DNA of 64,000 bases from an uncultured Clostridia bacterium (GTDB taxonomy: Bacteria; Bacillota; Clostridia; Lachnospirales; Cellulosilyticaceae). Made by a program: the position numbers and the translations under genes. Under the pieces are notes generated by a model that saw nothing but the letters and a program-made list of their open reading frames with translations, was not told the origin of the DNA and did not search any database. The stretch's first letter is position 1. Every line of letters starts with the position of its first letter. Positions 37,640 through 48,726 of the stretch are shown here, piece by piece. The DNA is taken from the NCBI GenBank assembly GCA_937921505.1, contig CAKZUB010000010.1:25633-89632 (forward strand), in the 5' to 3' direction.

Positions 37640-38317
37640 ATGCTAAAAGAAGTACTCAAAAATGATATAAAGTATATGAAAAGAGACCCTATGATATGGA
37701 TGCTGGTGGGGGCGCCTATTCTTCTTGTGATAATATATCAATTAATTGTATTAAGATTTGAATTTATGATGCCTTACAAGAGTGTAGCACAGTATCTTTT
37801 AGTAGTAATGATTCCTTTTTTTATAGGTGTTGTGTTAGGCTTTAGAATGCTGGACGAAAAAGACGAACATATGCTAAGCTTTTATGCAGTAAGCCCCTTA
37901 GGGCTAAACGGTTATATTAAGATTAGAATTGGGGTAGCACTTGTACTTGGCGTTATAAGTATTGGTGGAATGAGCCTATTTGGTGTAATACCCAAAACTT
38001 ATTTGTTTTTTATAAGTGTGCAAGCTATATTACTAGGACCTCTTGTGTTCTTAATTATAGGAGTAGTAGGGTTAAACAAGATCCAGGGGCTTACACTTGT
38101 TAAAATTATGGGAATGCCTATTGTTATGCCACTATTAAAGCTTATTAAAGAAAACCCTCTAGATCCTGTATTTGTCGTTATTCCAAGCTATAATATTTTT
38201 CAGCTTATTGTCATGGAAGACTTTGACTTGATGGTAATAGTCTATATAGGGGCACTGTGTATAGGTATTTATCTATTAGCAGTATCTTTTAGCCGTAGAT
38301 GTATGAGTGAAATTTAG
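37640..38317 (+). CDS. ABC exporter permease, second subunit
   Basis: GFRMLDEKDE..YAVSPL..GY, NKIQG. Confidence 0.75.
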   Translation: MLKEVLKNDIKYMKRDPMIWMLVGAPILLVIIYQLIVLRFEFMMPYKSVAQYLLVVMIPFFIGVVLGFRMLDEKDEHMLSFYAVSPLGLNGYIKIRIGVALVLGVISIGGMSLFGVIPKTYLFFISVQAILLGPLVFLIIGVVGLNKIQGLTLVKIMGMPIVMPLLKLIKENPLDPVFVVIPSYNIFQLIVMEDFDLMVIVYIGALCIGIYLLAVSFSRRCMSEI

Positions 38318-38609
38318 TAATTAGTGTAATTGCTAAATATAACAGAGTGCAATATAAGGATATTTATATTTTTTTTAACCCGCAATTATCAATTGATACT
38401 TGTTTTCAAAATCAAAAAGTGATATACTACTAATACCTAGTAGATTACTTGGGTATATAAGAGGTTAGATAGTATTTCAGTAAGTACCCTATATTTATTA
38501 GGTGAATATGAATTTAATGTGGAAACTATATTTTTAAGGTTCTCCATCACAAAATAAAATGTTATGAATAGTGAACAATCAATGATAAAACATAAAGGAG
38601 GAATATACT

Positions 38610-39230
38610 ATGTTTAAACAAATAGAACTGGCTTATGATTTTAATACACTCGAACCTTATATCGATGAACTGACTATGAAGACACATTATACTAAACACC
38701 ATGCAGCATATACTAATAATCTTAATGCTGCTATTGAAAAATCGCCTGAATTGTCTGGGAAGACTATTGAAGAACTTCTCAGAAATGTAGACAGCATTAC
38801 AGATTTGGCGCTCCGTATGGCGATACGTAATAACGGCGGCGGATTTTATAATCACAACCTATATTTTGATACTCTATCCCTAAGTGGCAGTAAAGAGCCT
38901 GATGGAGAACTTAAAAATCAAATCATTGAAAGCTTTGAGAGTGTTGAAAACTTAAAAGATAAACTCTCGGCAGCGGCTGCCATGCAATTTGGCTCAGGTT
39001 GGGCATGGGTATCTACTGATAAGGCGGGCAAGCTTCAAATCAGCGCAACTGCTAATCAGGATAACCCTTTGATGAAGGATGGTTTACTTACACCTATTCT
39101 CGGCATTGATGTATGGGAACATGCTTATTACCTTAAGTACAAAAATCTTAGAATTGATTATATCAAAGCTTTTTGGGAAGTACTTGACTGGAATAAAGTT
39201 AATAAACGTTATCAAGAGGCACAGGTATAA
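38610..39230 (+). CDS. sodA: Superoxide dismutase, Mn-type signature
   Basis: HYTKHHAAY, NNGGGFYNH, NQDNP, DVWEHAYY. Confidence 0.9.
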   Translation: MFKQIELAYDFNTLEPYIDELTMKTHYTKHHAAYTNNLNAAIEKSPELSGKTIEELLRNVDSITDLALRMAIRNNGGGFYNHNLYFDTLSLSGSKEPDGELKNQIIESFESVENLKDKLSAAAAMQFGSGWAWVSTDKAGKLQISATANQDNPLMKDGLLTPILGIDVWEHAYYLKYKNLRIDYIKAFWEVLDWNKVNKRYQEAQV

Positions 39231-39246
39231 TAACTTTAAAGTATAG

Positions 39247-39275
39247 AAACAGGCATTTTATGTGCCTGTTTTTTT
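39247..39275 (+). terminator. Intrinsic terminator
   Basis: AAACAGGCA / TGCCTGTTT plus T-run. Confidence 0.85.
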
Positions 39276-39362
39276 AATGCTTTCAAGGTTGAAAGAAAAA
39301 ACGCTTTCGATTTTTCAGTTGTCGCAGTATCACCAGTAAAGCTTGCAATAGGCAAGGGGTAT

Positions 39363-39467
39363 AAATAGTCGAACATTAATTTGAGTTAAAAGAGATAAAC
39401 CTATTTTGGAGACAAAATAATCGAACGAAAATTTAATATTGACAAGTAATGTACGGTAAAATATAAT
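39363..39467 (+). promoter_or_regulatory. Two PurR-box-like sites plus a consensus SigA promoter
   Basis: AAATAGTCGAACATTAAT and AAATAATCGAACGAAAAT; TTGACA(39439)-17-TATAAT(39462). Confidence 0.65.
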
Positions 39468-39529
39468 TAAAATAAGAAATTTGTAGTAATACGTCTAAAA
39501 ACAAAAAAAGATATGTAATGGAGGATGTT

Positions 39530-40675
39530 ATGAAAAAGACATTATTAAAGGTTGGAGCATTACTTGTAGCAGGTATGATGACTTTATCAGGTTGTGCTGC
39601 TAAATCAAGTGATCCAGCTGCTAAACCAGCTGAAACAAATAGCAGCCAAGAAGCTAATACAGGAGAAAATACTAAAACTGATAAGGCTGTAAAAGTAGGG
39701 TTTATCTATGTAGGGCCAACAGGTGATGGTGGCTGGAGCTATGCACATGATCAAGGAAGATTATATCTTGAAGAACAACTAGGTGTAGAAACGATTATTA
39801 AAGAATCTGTACCAGAAACACAAGAAGTTGAGCAAGTAGCAGCAGGTATGATTGATCAAGGCTGTAATGTTATTTTTGCAACATCATTTGGCTATATGGA
39901 CTATTTAGAAAAAATGTCAAAAGAGTATCCAGAAGTTAAGTTTTTTCACTGTTCAGGCTATAAAACAACAGAAAATATGACAGCTTATTTTGGTAGAGTG
40001 TATCAAGCACGTTATCTTTCAGGTATTGTAGCAGGTATGAAAACGCAGGCCAACCAAATTGGTTATGTAGCAGCTATGCCTATCCCAGAAGTTATTAGAG
40101 GAATTAATGCTTTTACACTCGGGGCACAATCGGTTAATCCTGATGTAAAGGTTAAAGTAGTATGGACAAATACATGGTATGATCCAGCAAAAGAAAAAGA
40201 TGCAGCGATCGCACTTCTTGATGGTGGCGCAGATATTATTGCACAACACCAAGATACAGCAGGTCCACAGCAAGCAGCAGAAGAAAGAGGGGTATGGGCA
40301 GTAGGCTATAACTCAGATATGTCTATGTTTGCACCAAAAGCAAGTCTTACAAGTGCAGTATGGAATTGGGGCCCTTATTATGTACAAGCAGTACAATCAG
40401 TAATCGATGGCACTTATCAGTCAGAATCTTACTGGCAAGGGCTTGAAGCTGGTATTGTAGACCTATCACCACTTACAACAAATGCACCAGAAGGCGCACA
40501 GGCTAAAGTAGACGCAGCTAAAGCAGCTATTCTAGATGGATCATTAAATCCTTTTGCAGGACCTATTAAAGATCAATCAGGTACTGAAAAAGTAGCAGCA
40601 GGAAGCGCTATGACAGATGAAGAAATGCTTTCATTTGATTGGTTTGTAGAAGGCGTAGAAGGCGAAATCAAATAA
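39530..40675 (+). CDS. BMP-family nucleoside/purine ABC substrate-binding lipoprotein
   Basis: Lipobox LSG-C; DGGWSYAHDQGR, ATSFGY, TWYDPAKE, AQHQD. Confidence 0.92.
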   Translation: MKKTLLKVGALLVAGMMTLSGCAAKSSDPAAKPAETNSSQEANTGENTKTDKAVKVGFIYVGPTGDGGWSYAHDQGRLYLEEQLGVETIIKESVPETQEVEQVAAGMIDQGCNVIFATSFGYMDYLEKMSKEYPEVKFFHCSGYKTTENMTAYFGRVYQARYLSGIVAGMKTQANQIGYVAAMPIPEVIRGINAFTLGAQSVNPDVKVKVVWTNTWYDPAKEKDAAIALLDGGADIIAQHQDTAGPQQAAEERGVWAVGYNSDMSMFAPKASLTSAVWNWGPYYVQAVQSVIDGTYQSESYWQGLEAGIVDLSPLTTNAPEGAQAKVDAAKAAILDGSLNPFAGPIKDQSGTEKVAAGSAMTDEEMLSFDWFVEGVEGEIK

Positions 40676-40707
40676 TAACTATTAAATAATAATTAGGGGA
40701 GCCCGTT

Positions 40708-42246
40708 ATGAGAGAGTCAGTGATGGTAGAATTAAATAAAATAACAAAGACCTTTGGAACAGTCCTTGCGAATGAAGATGTTGATCTTGTCGTTCAAAAA
40801 GGAGAAATCCATGCACTCCTCGGAGAAAATGGCGCAGGCAAAAGTACTCTTGTGAACATGCTATCAGGCATTTATAGTCCTGATAGCGGTTCTATTTTTA
40901 TAAGAGGCAAACACATGCAGTTTAACTCGCCTAGGGAATCTATAGCTTGTGGGATTGGCATGGTTCATCAACACTTTAAATTAGTAGACAGGCTAACGGC
41001 TAAAGAAAATATTATAGCAGGCAACAAAGGGAGATTTTTTACATCTGGTAAACAGATAGAAAATGAAATTATGGCCCTTTGTAAAAAGTATGATTTAACA
41101 GTAGAACTCTCAAAAAGAGTACAAGATATGTCTGTTGGGGAAAAACAGATGTTGGAAATTATTAAAGTGCTCTACAAAGGTGCAGACATTCTGATACTTG
41201 ATGAGCCTACAGCGGTACTTATCCCCCAAGAAGTAGAAAGACTCTTTAATATAATTTTGAGAATGAAAAAAGAAGGCTGTGCCGTTATTATTATCACCCA
41301 TAAATTAGGGGAAGTCATGGCACTATGCGATAAAGTAACTGTTCTTAGAAAAGGTAAAAATGTAGAAACAGTTGATATTGCAAACACAAGTCCCAAGCAT
41401 CTTACAGAGCTTATGGTAGGAGGGGCTGTAGACCTTGCCATACAAAGAGTACAGGCAGAAAATAAAAAACTGATCTATGAGATTAAAAATATTTCAGTAA
41501 CCAATCAAGACGGGGTAAAAGCCTTACAAGACATAAGTTTTACAATGCATACCTCAGAAATCCTCGGCATTGCAGCGGTAGCTGGCAGTGGGCAAAAAGA
41601 ATTATGTGAAGCTTTATTTGGCCTTTTAAAGTTAAACCAAGGAGAGCTTGTTTTTAAAGGTGAAAATATTACAGGAAAAACGCCAAGAGAAATTTATAAA
41701 AAAGGTATTAGTATGAGTTCTGTACCAGAAGATAGACTAGGTATGGGTCTTGTAGGGAGTATGGATATTGTAGATAATCTTTTGTTAAAGGAATATTATA
41801 CGCAAAAAGGTCTCTTTATTACACGTAAACCTCTTAGAAAAAAAGCAAAACAATTGGTTAAAAGACTACAAGTGAGTACACCAGGTATTCACCACCCAGT
41901 TAAACAGCTCTCAGGAGGAAACATTCAAAAAGTATTATTAGGTAGAGAAATTTATTTAGAACCAGATGTTCTTATTACCTCTTACCCTGTAAGGGGGCTT
42001 GACATTGGTGCTACTTATCAAATATATGAGTTATTAAATGAACAAAAAGCAAAAGGTGTAGCGATCTTATTTGTAGGAGAAGATTTAGATGTTTTGCTTA
42101 ATTTAAGTGATCGTATACTTGTCTTATGTGATGGGAAAATGACAGGTCTTGTAGATGCAAAAGCTACAACTAAAGAAGAAATTGGTATGATGATGGCTGG
42201 GCATACTGGAGAAGCTATTGTAGATAAAGGAGGAGAGGCCAAGTGA
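40708..42246 (+). CDS. Nucleoside ABC ATP-binding protein (two-domain)
   Basis: GENGAGKST, GMVHQHF, PEDR, LSGGNIQK. Confidence 0.92.
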   Translation: MRESVMVELNKITKTFGTVLANEDVDLVVQKGEIHALLGENGAGKSTLVNMLSGIYSPDSGSIFIRGKHMQFNSPRESIACGIGMVHQHFKLVDRLTAKENIIAGNKGRFFTSGKQIENEIMALCKKYDLTVELSKRVQDMSVGEKQMLEIIKVLYKGADILILDEPTAVLIPQEVERLFNIILRMKKEGCAVIIITHKLGEVMALCDKVTVLRKGKNVETVDIANTSPKHLTELMVGGAVDLAIQRVQAENKKLIYEIKNISVTNQDGVKALQDISFTMHTSEILGIAAVAGSGQKELCEALFGLLKLNQGELVFKGENITGKTPREIYKKGISMSSVPEDRLGMGLVGSMDIVDNLLLKEYYTQKGLFITRKPLRKKAKQLVKRLQVSTPGIHHPVKQLSGGNIQKVLLGREIYLEPDVLITSYPVRGLDIGATYQIYELLNEQKAKGVAILFVGEDLDVLLNLSDRILVLCDGKMTGLVDAKATTKEEIGMMMAGHTGEAIVDKGGEAK

Positions 42247-43355
42247 GAGTAAGAGTTATTAAAGCAAAAGAGTGCAGCAGAAATAAAAAAATTCTTATTC
42301 AAACGCTAGCTATTTTAGCGGCTCTTTTAATCACAGGACTTTTTATACTTACAATAGGACATAATCCAATAAGTGTCTATAGATCTATGATAGAAGGTTC
42401 TTTTGGAAGCGCCTATAGAACGCGTGAAACGATTATTAAAGCAGTACCCTTACTTATTACGGCACTCGGCATAGCGGTAGCCTTTAAGATGAAGTTTTGG
42501 AACATTGGCGCTGAAGGTCAAATTATAATGGGGGCCTTTGGGGCAAGTTTTATTGCACTTAATTTCGCTCATTTACCAAAACCTATCGTTTTAATTGCTA
42601 TGATGCTTGTTGCAATAGTTTGCGGTGGCATCTGGGCGTTTATCCCAGGATTTCTTAAAGCGAAATGGAGCACTAACGAATCGATAGTGACGCTGATGAT
42701 GAACTATATTGCACTTAAATGGATCGTTTATCTTCAATATGGTCCTTGGAAAGATAAAGCTTCTCAAGGTTTTCCTAAAATAGCAAACTTTACGGATCAT
42801 GCTATTTTACCAAAAGTTTTCGGTATACATATAGGGTGGATTATTGCACTGATTTTAGTGGTAGTTATTCATGTCTTTATTAACTACACCAAGAAGGGTT
42901 ATGAAATTGTAGTATTTGGAGAGAGTGAAAATACAGCAAGATATGCCGGTATGGATATTAAAAAGATCATTTTGCTTGCAACTTTTATAAGTGGAGGTAT
43001 TGCCGGTCTTGTGGGCATGATCCAAGCCTCAGCGGTGAGTAATACGCTAAGTATGCAAATAGCAGGAGGCGTGGGTTATACGGCGATTATTATCGCTTGG
43101 TTATCAGGTCTTAGTGCACCTTGGATGGTCGTAGTAGCGCTTCTTTTTGCATCGCTTACTCAAGGGGGATCTTATATTCAAACTGCTTTTCAAATCCCTC
43201 AATCTGCAGCGGATATTATTCAGGCACTTATTTTATTCTGTGTACTAGGCAGTCAGTTCTTCTTACAATACAAGGTAGTATTTGATAAGACTAAAACCGT
43301 ATCTTTAACAGCGAAAAAGAAAAACGAGCAAGGAGGAGAAAGAAATGGAAATTAG
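42243..43355 (+). CDS. Nucleoside ABC permease
   Basis: WNIGAEGQ, NESIVTLMMNY. Confidence 0.9.
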   Translation: MRVRVIKAKECSRNKKILIQTLAILAALLITGLFILTIGHNPISVYRSMIEGSFGSAYRTRETIIKAVPLLITALGIAVAFKMKFWNIGAEGQIIMGAFGASFIALNFAHLPKPIVLIAMMLVAIVCGGIWAFIPGFLKAKWSTNESIVTLMMNYIALKWIVYLQYGPWKDKASQGFPKIANFTDHAILPKVFGIHIGWIIALILVVVIHVFINYTKKGYEIVVFGESENTARYAGMDIKKIILLATFISGGIAGLVGMIQASAVSNTLSMQIAGGVGYTAIIIAWLSGLSAPWMVVVALLFASLTQGGSYIQTAFQIPQSAADIIQALILFCVLGSQFFLQYKVVFDKTKTVSLTAKKKNEQGGERNGN

Positions 43356-44277
43356 TCTGTTTTTATCCGCAGCAGTTATAGCAGGAACTCCTTTGCTGTT
43401 TGCGACACTCGGAGGGATTTTAAATGAAAAAGTAGGACACCTGAACCTAGGGATAGAAGGCATGATGCTTATGGGAGCAATAGCTGGTTTTACAGTTGGA
43501 TTTGGGACTAATAATGCCATTTTAGCAATACTCGGGGCTGGACTTATTGGTGCAGTAGGTGCACTTATCTATGCTGTTTTAACAGTATCATTTCATGCAA
43601 ATCAAGTTGTGACAGGGCTGTCGCTTACTATTTTTGGAACAGGGTTTTCAGGATTTCTTGGACAACAGATGGTTGGGAAAATTGTTTCTGATCAGTTGAA
43701 ATTAAGCTTAGTACCTGTACGTATACCACTGCTTAGTGATATACCGCTCATCGGGAATGCACTTTTTAATCAAAGCCCCTTTGTTTATTTAGGGTATATC
43801 AGCGCAATTGTAATATTTATCTATTTTATGTTTACAAGCTGGGGCTTAAATGCACGTATGGTAGGAGAAAATCCAGCAGCAGCAGATGCTACAGGTATTA
43901 ATGTGAACTTATATAAGTATAGTCATATTTTAGTAGGAGGCGCTTTTTGCGGCTTTGCGGGAGCTTTTTTATCTCTTGTTTATGTGCCTGCGTGGCAAGA
44001 GGGGATTACAGCCGGAAGAGGTTGGATTGCAGTGGCACTTGTTATTTTTGCGGGTTGGAACCCACTTAAGGCCATTTTGGGAGGCTTCTTATTTGGAGGC
44101 TTAGATATTTTAGGTTTTAGACTGCAAGGTGCGGGACTTAATGTCAATCAATACTTTTTAGATATGGTACCTTATGCTGTTACGATCTTGGTATTAGTCA
44201 TTGCAAGTATTAAGAAAAATAGTTTAAATGCACCACCAAAAGGCCTCGGAAATGCTTATTTTAGAGAAGAAAGATAA
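43345..44277 (+). CDS. Nucleoside ABC permease
   Basis: NLGIEGMM, GENPAAAD, GRGWIAVAL. Confidence 0.9.
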   Translation: MEISLFLSAAVIAGTPLLFATLGGILNEKVGHLNLGIEGMMLMGAIAGFTVGFGTNNAILAILGAGLIGAVGALIYAVLTVSFHANQVVTGLSLTIFGTGFSGFLGQQMVGKIVSDQLKLSLVPVRIPLLSDIPLIGNALFNQSPFVYLGYISAIVIFIYFMFTSWGLNARMVGENPAAADATGINVNLYKYSHILVGGAFCGFAGAFLSLVYVPAWQEGITAGRGWIAVALVIFAGWNPLKAILGGFLFGGLDILGFRLQGAGLNVNQYFLDMVPYAVTILVLVIASIKKNSLNAPPKGLGNAYFREER

Positions 44278-44319
44278 TGATAATGATAATAACTGCTTAA
44301 GCAGAAAGGGAGCAAGCTC

Positions 44320-44892
44320 GTGCAACTATTAAAGGATAAAATTATCAGTGACGGAATAGTCAAGGCAGGCGGAGTACTTAAAGTAGATAGTTTTTTAAAT
44401 CATCAGATAGATATTCCTCTTTATAATGAAATGGGTAAAGAATTTGCAAGACTTTTTAAAGGACAAGAGATCACCAAAATCCTTACGATAGAAGCCTCAG
44501 GAATAGGCATCGCCTGTATAGCAGCACAATACTTTAATGTGCCTGTTGTTTTTGCAAAAAAAATGCAGTCTAAAAACTTAGATGGAGAGATCTATACAAG
44601 TCAGGTACATTCGTTTACCCATGGTAAAGACTATACGATAAGAGTATCTAAAAAGTTTATCAGTAAAGCAGACAGAGTACTTATTATCGATGACTTTTTA
44701 GCTAATGGTAAAGCTTTAATAGGACTTATCAATATACTTGAACAAGCAGGTGCCACGTTAGTTGGAGCGGGTATTGCTATTGAAAAAGGATTTCAAGAAG
44801 GCGGACGCGCTTTAAGAGAGCAAGGGATTAATATTCAGTCTTTGGCTATTATTAAGGAGATGGATGAGAACAAGATAGTATTTAAAGATTAG
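44320..44892 (+). CDS. xpt: Xanthine phosphoribosyltransferase
   Basis: [34 protein letters not shown]. Confidence 0.95.
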   Translation: MQLLKDKIISDGIVKAGGVLKVDSFLNHQIDIPLYNEMGKEFARLFKGQEITKILTIEASGIGIACIAAQYFNVPVVFAKKMQSKNLDGEIYTSQVHSFTHGKDYTIRVSKKFISKADRVLIIDDFLANGKALIGLINILEQAGATLVGAGIAIEKGFQEGGRALREQGINIQSLAIIKEMDENKIVFKD

Positions 44893-44918
44893 GGGTTTGT
44901 TATATTAAAGGTAAATAG

Positions 44919-44961
44919 TAGAAGGTTATTTTCTTAATTTAAATAAGAAAATAGCCTTCTA
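44919..44961 (+). terminator. Intrinsic terminator
   Basis: TAGAAGGTTATTTTCTTA / TAAGAAAATAGCCTTCTA. Confidence 0.75.
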
Positions 44962-45100
44962 TTGTCATATAAGAAAATATAATGATGTCAGTTTTTTAAA
45001 AAGAATTTTAGGGATTTTATAAATAAAACTATGAAAAATAGAATTTAAGTTAAAAATTATGTATAATAAAGATAAAATTTGCTGTAAGTGGGGTGCAATA

Positions 45101-46903
45101 ATGGGGAAATGCGACAAATACTTTTGGACGATTAAAAATAAGTTAATTATCTTATTTATAATATTTATTATTGTACCAGTCAGTATTTTAGGATTTTATC
45201 TTATTAATTATTCGGTTCAAGTGATTCAACAGACAGTCTTAAAATCATCCATTCAAAGTAATGAACAAATTATAAAAAATCTAGATAGCTTTTTAAAAAC
45301 TATGGAGAAATTGTCTGAATACCCTATTGCAGATAAGGGTGTTATATCCATTATGATGAAAAATTATGAAGAAGTAGAATCTCCAGAATATGAGAAGGCA
45401 AGAGATTTTATAACAATGAATAGCTTTGTATACAATAAAATTAAATCATTTTCAACGATGATAGATTCAGTTTTCATTTATGATCCTGTATCAAAACGTA
45501 TTTTTGGACGAACACCCATTGATTTTATCAATGCTGATTATGTAAGTGATAAGTTAAGTAAAGAACCGTGGATGCAAAAGATTATTGATTATGAAGGCGC
45601 AAGCACTATTACGGGCATTCACCGAGACTACGCGCTGACTTCAAGGGGAGAATATGTCATCTCGGTTGGCAGAATAATAAATGCACCTAGTGTAGAAAAA
45701 CAAGTAGGTCTTATTATTATTAGTATTGGCGTACATAAATTAGAAGAATTATGGATGGATATGAATTTAACAAAAAGCAGTAAATTCTATTTGATTGATC
45801 AAAATGATACCATTATATTTAGTAAAAATAAAAGTGAGATTAATGAGTCTATCGCACAAGTTCTAGGAGAAGATATTAATTTTTATGATACCAGTCAAAA
45901 AGCAACTGATTGGAATGGGGAAAAAGTATATTTGGTATCTTCAAAATCAGAGCTTTCGGGGTGGAGAGTTATTACAATTATTCCTAAGAAAGAACTGTTT
46001 TCATTTACTGATGTTATGTTTCGAATTATTTTATTTAATATACTTATAAGTGTTGTATTATCCGTTATTGTAGCTATCTTTGTTACAACGGGGATTACTA
46101 ACCCTTTATATCGCTTAAATAGAACAATGGCAGAAGTTGCAAATGGAAATCTAGAGATTGATATCCCTATTGAAAAAGGTGAAATAGGTGAAATGGCGAG
46201 AACTGTGCACTATATGCTGCAAGAAATAAATCGTTTAATTCAAAAAATTTATAAAGAAGAAGAAGAAAAGAGAAATATTGAAATGATTGCTTTGCAAGCA
46301 CAGATTAATCCTCATTTTATCTATAATACAATTAGTGTTATTAAGTGGATGGCACATATGCAAGGCGTACCAAGTATTGAAGAAGGGCTAGGTTCCTTCT
46401 CGGCACTGCTTTCCTATACTGCTAAACGAACAGATAATTTTGTGCAAGTTGAAGAAGAGATTGATTTTATTAAAGACTATTTAAAAATTTTAAATTTAAG
46501 GTATTACAATAAGTTTAACATTATATATGAGATAGATGAGGAGGTCTATTATTATAAGACACTCAAATTTTTGCTGCAGCCAGTAGTAGAGAATGCTATT
46601 TTTCATGGATTAGAAGGATTAGAATACAAAGGCCAATTAAATATAAAGGTTTACCGTGAAGACATGAAGTTATACTTTATCATTAAAGACGATGGAAAAG
46701 GGATTGATGAAAACACGTTAGAAATGATTCTAAAAAAAGAAAAGAAAAAAGATAAAAATAAAAAAACATTAAACTCAATTGGGCTTACTAATATTCATAG
46801 AAGAATAAGGCTTTATTTTGGAGAAGAATTCGGTATATCAATCCAAAGTAAGCCAGGTAAAGGAACAACAGTGACTATTATAGTTCCCGCTATAAACAAG
46901 TAA
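45101..46903 (+). CDS. YesM-like sensor histidine kinase
   Basis: LQAQINPHFIYNT, LQPVVENAIFHG, DDGKG. Confidence 0.92.
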   Translation: MGKCDKYFWTIKNKLIILFIIFIIVPVSILGFYLINYSVQVIQQTVLKSSIQSNEQIIKNLDSFLKTMEKLSEYPIADKGVISIMMKNYEEVESPEYEKARDFITMNSFVYNKIKSFSTMIDSVFIYDPVSKRIFGRTPIDFINADYVSDKLSKEPWMQKIIDYEGASTITGIHRDYALTSRGEYVISVGRIINAPSVEKQVGLIIISIGVHKLEELWMDMNLTKSSKFYLIDQNDTIIFSKNKSEINESIAQVLGEDINFYDTSQKATDWNGEKVYLVSSKSELSGWRVITIIPKKELFSFTDVMFRIILFNILISVVLSVIVAIFVTTGITNPLYRLNRTMAEVANGNLEIDIPIEKGEIGEMARTVHYMLQEINRLIQKIYKEEEEKRNIEMIALQAQINPHFIYNTISVIKWMAHMQGVPSIEEGLGSFSALLSYTAKRTDNFVQVEEEIDFIKDYLKILNLRYYNKFNIIYEIDEEVYYYKTLKFLLQPVVENAIFHGLEGLEYKGQLNIKVYREDMKLYFIIKDDGKGIDENTLEMILKKEKKKDKNKKTLNSIGLTNIHRRIRLYFGEEFGISIQSKPGKGTTVTIIVPAINK

Positions 46904-46920
46904 AGGAATGGGGGTGTGTT

Positions 46921-48510
46921 ATGAAGATTTTAATTGCAGATGATGAAATGCTTGTCCGTATAGGCATCAAAACATGTATTGATTTTGAAAAATATGGCAT
47001 GGAAGTTGTTGCAGAGGCAGAGGATGGCATACAGGCATTAGCACAGATCCATGCGGCGTGCCCGGATGTTGTGATATTAGATATAAAAATGCCCAAAATG
47101 GGCGGGCTTGAAGTCATGGAAAAAATAAATGAAGAGCATCTTCAGTGTAGTGTTATCATACTAAGTAGTTTTGATGATTTTGAACATGTTAAAAAAGCAA
47201 TGAAATTAGGCGCAGTTGACTATTTACATAAGCCAAGGATGAACGCAGAGGACATCTTAGGTGTCTTACAGAATGTAAAAAACACTTTGGATAAGAGATG
47301 CCAAGTAGAAGAAAAGAAAACAGTACAAAAGGGAATTTCACGGGAAAGCCAAAATATTTTAAGGAATGCATTTTTGAAGGAGTTGTTAGAGGGGGAGTAT
47401 ACAACTAAGGAAGAATACTTAAAAAGATGTGCGCAAAATAATATGAGGTTAAGTGAATTAGAAGTTGCGTGTATCGCCATCTCAGTTAAAGATTATAAAA
47501 AAGTTCTTTTAAGATATGAAAAAAGTAAGCAAAATATTTTACAAACCTCAGTCGTAAGTATAATGGAACAAATATTATCAACGGAAAATGGGGTGGCATT
47601 TCTGCCGCTAGATGAAAATGTATATGTTGTCATTATGAGTGCGATAGATACAAGCAGTCGAAAAAAGATAATGGATCAAATAAGCAATATCATTCAATTA
47701 TTAACAGATGCAATGAAGACCTTTTTAAATATACAGATTGTACTAGGCATTAGCGATGTACTGCCTACATTTAAAGATATAGCAAAAACATATGCGCAAG
47801 CTCATTTTGCTCTCAAACAAAGATTTTATATAGATCAGCAAGTGCTGTATTACTATCAGGTTAAGCATAAGTCTTTAGAAGTGGTTTTTGAGAGCGTTGA
47901 TGAAAGTATGAAGAAATTAAAAAGTAGTATACTAAGTTATCGTTATGATTTATTCGAAAAGGAATTAGAATCATTTGTTGCATTTATTAAAGAGGTTCGA
48001 TTAAATGAAGAAGAAGTCAAAAGATTATTTGATGGCTTACTATTTTGGATGAAAGAGGGCCCTGCTTATTTTGAAGAAAGAGATATTATACAAGAAGCAG
48101 AAACTATTGAAGAACTGTACTTGGCCTATAAAGCGATTATTGATGAGCGGTTATATAAGAATGCGGGAGAGCAGATTAAAAGGTGCAGCGCTCTTACCAA
48201 AAAGCTGATTCGCTACATTGGCGAACATTATTCTGATGAAATGACATTAAAGTGTTTAGCAGAATACTTAAATGTTTCGCCCAATTACATAAGTCGATTA
48301 TTTAAAGAAGAAATGGGTAGGGGGTTATTTGAATATATCAATGAATATCGAGTTAAACAAGCAAGCCAAATGTTAGCTTGTTCAGATGATAAAGTTTATG
48401 AAATAGCCGATCAAGTAGGCTTTAAAAGTGCTGTGCATTTTAATATTGTATTTAATAAATATATGGGAGTTTCACCTAAACAATATCGTGATCATATACA
48501 AACAAAGTGA
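46921..48510 (+). CDS. YesN-like response regulator
   Basis: ILIADDE, LDIKMP; C-terminal AraC HTH. Confidence 0.92.
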   Translation: MKILIADDEMLVRIGIKTCIDFEKYGMEVVAEAEDGIQALAQIHAACPDVVILDIKMPKMGGLEVMEKINEEHLQCSVIILSSFDDFEHVKKAMKLGAVDYLHKPRMNAEDILGVLQNVKNTLDKRCQVEEKKTVQKGISRESQNILRNAFLKELLEGEYTTKEEYLKRCAQNNMRLSELEVACIAISVKDYKKVLLRYEKSKQNILQTSVVSIMEQILSTENGVAFLPLDENVYVVIMSAIDTSSRKKIMDQISNIIQLLTDAMKTFLNIQIVLGISDVLPTFKDIAKTYAQAHFALKQRFYIDQQVLYYYQVKHKSLEVVFESVDESMKKLKSSILSYRYDLFEKELESFVAFIKEVRLNEEEVKRLFDGLLFWMKEGPAYFEERDIIQEAETIEELYLAYKAIIDERLYKNAGEQIKRCSALTKKLIRYIGEHYSDEMTLKCLAEYLNVSPNYISRLFKEEMGRGLFEYINEYRVKQASQMLACSDDKVYEIADQVGFKSAVHFNIVFNKYMGVSPKQYRDHIQTK

Positions 48511-48726
48511 TGAGTGTAATTCTATTAAAGAAAGTATAATTATATTTAATAAGTTGATAACAAGACTATTTGTACATTCAGATAAAAAGATGTAAAGCTT
48601 GAAAGTAGGAGACTGTATTAAATTAATCATGATAGGATTAATTTTTTTTTGCAATAATCTTATATATAATTAAGAAGACATATATGCAAAACAAACAATA
48701 AATATATGAAAAGGGGAATGTGTTTT

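Noticed and set aside
39280-39530. Purine riboswitch upstream of the BMP/xpt operon
   Set aside because: No TATAAT..GATATGG..GTTTCTACC core, and the leader after the consensus promoter is too short
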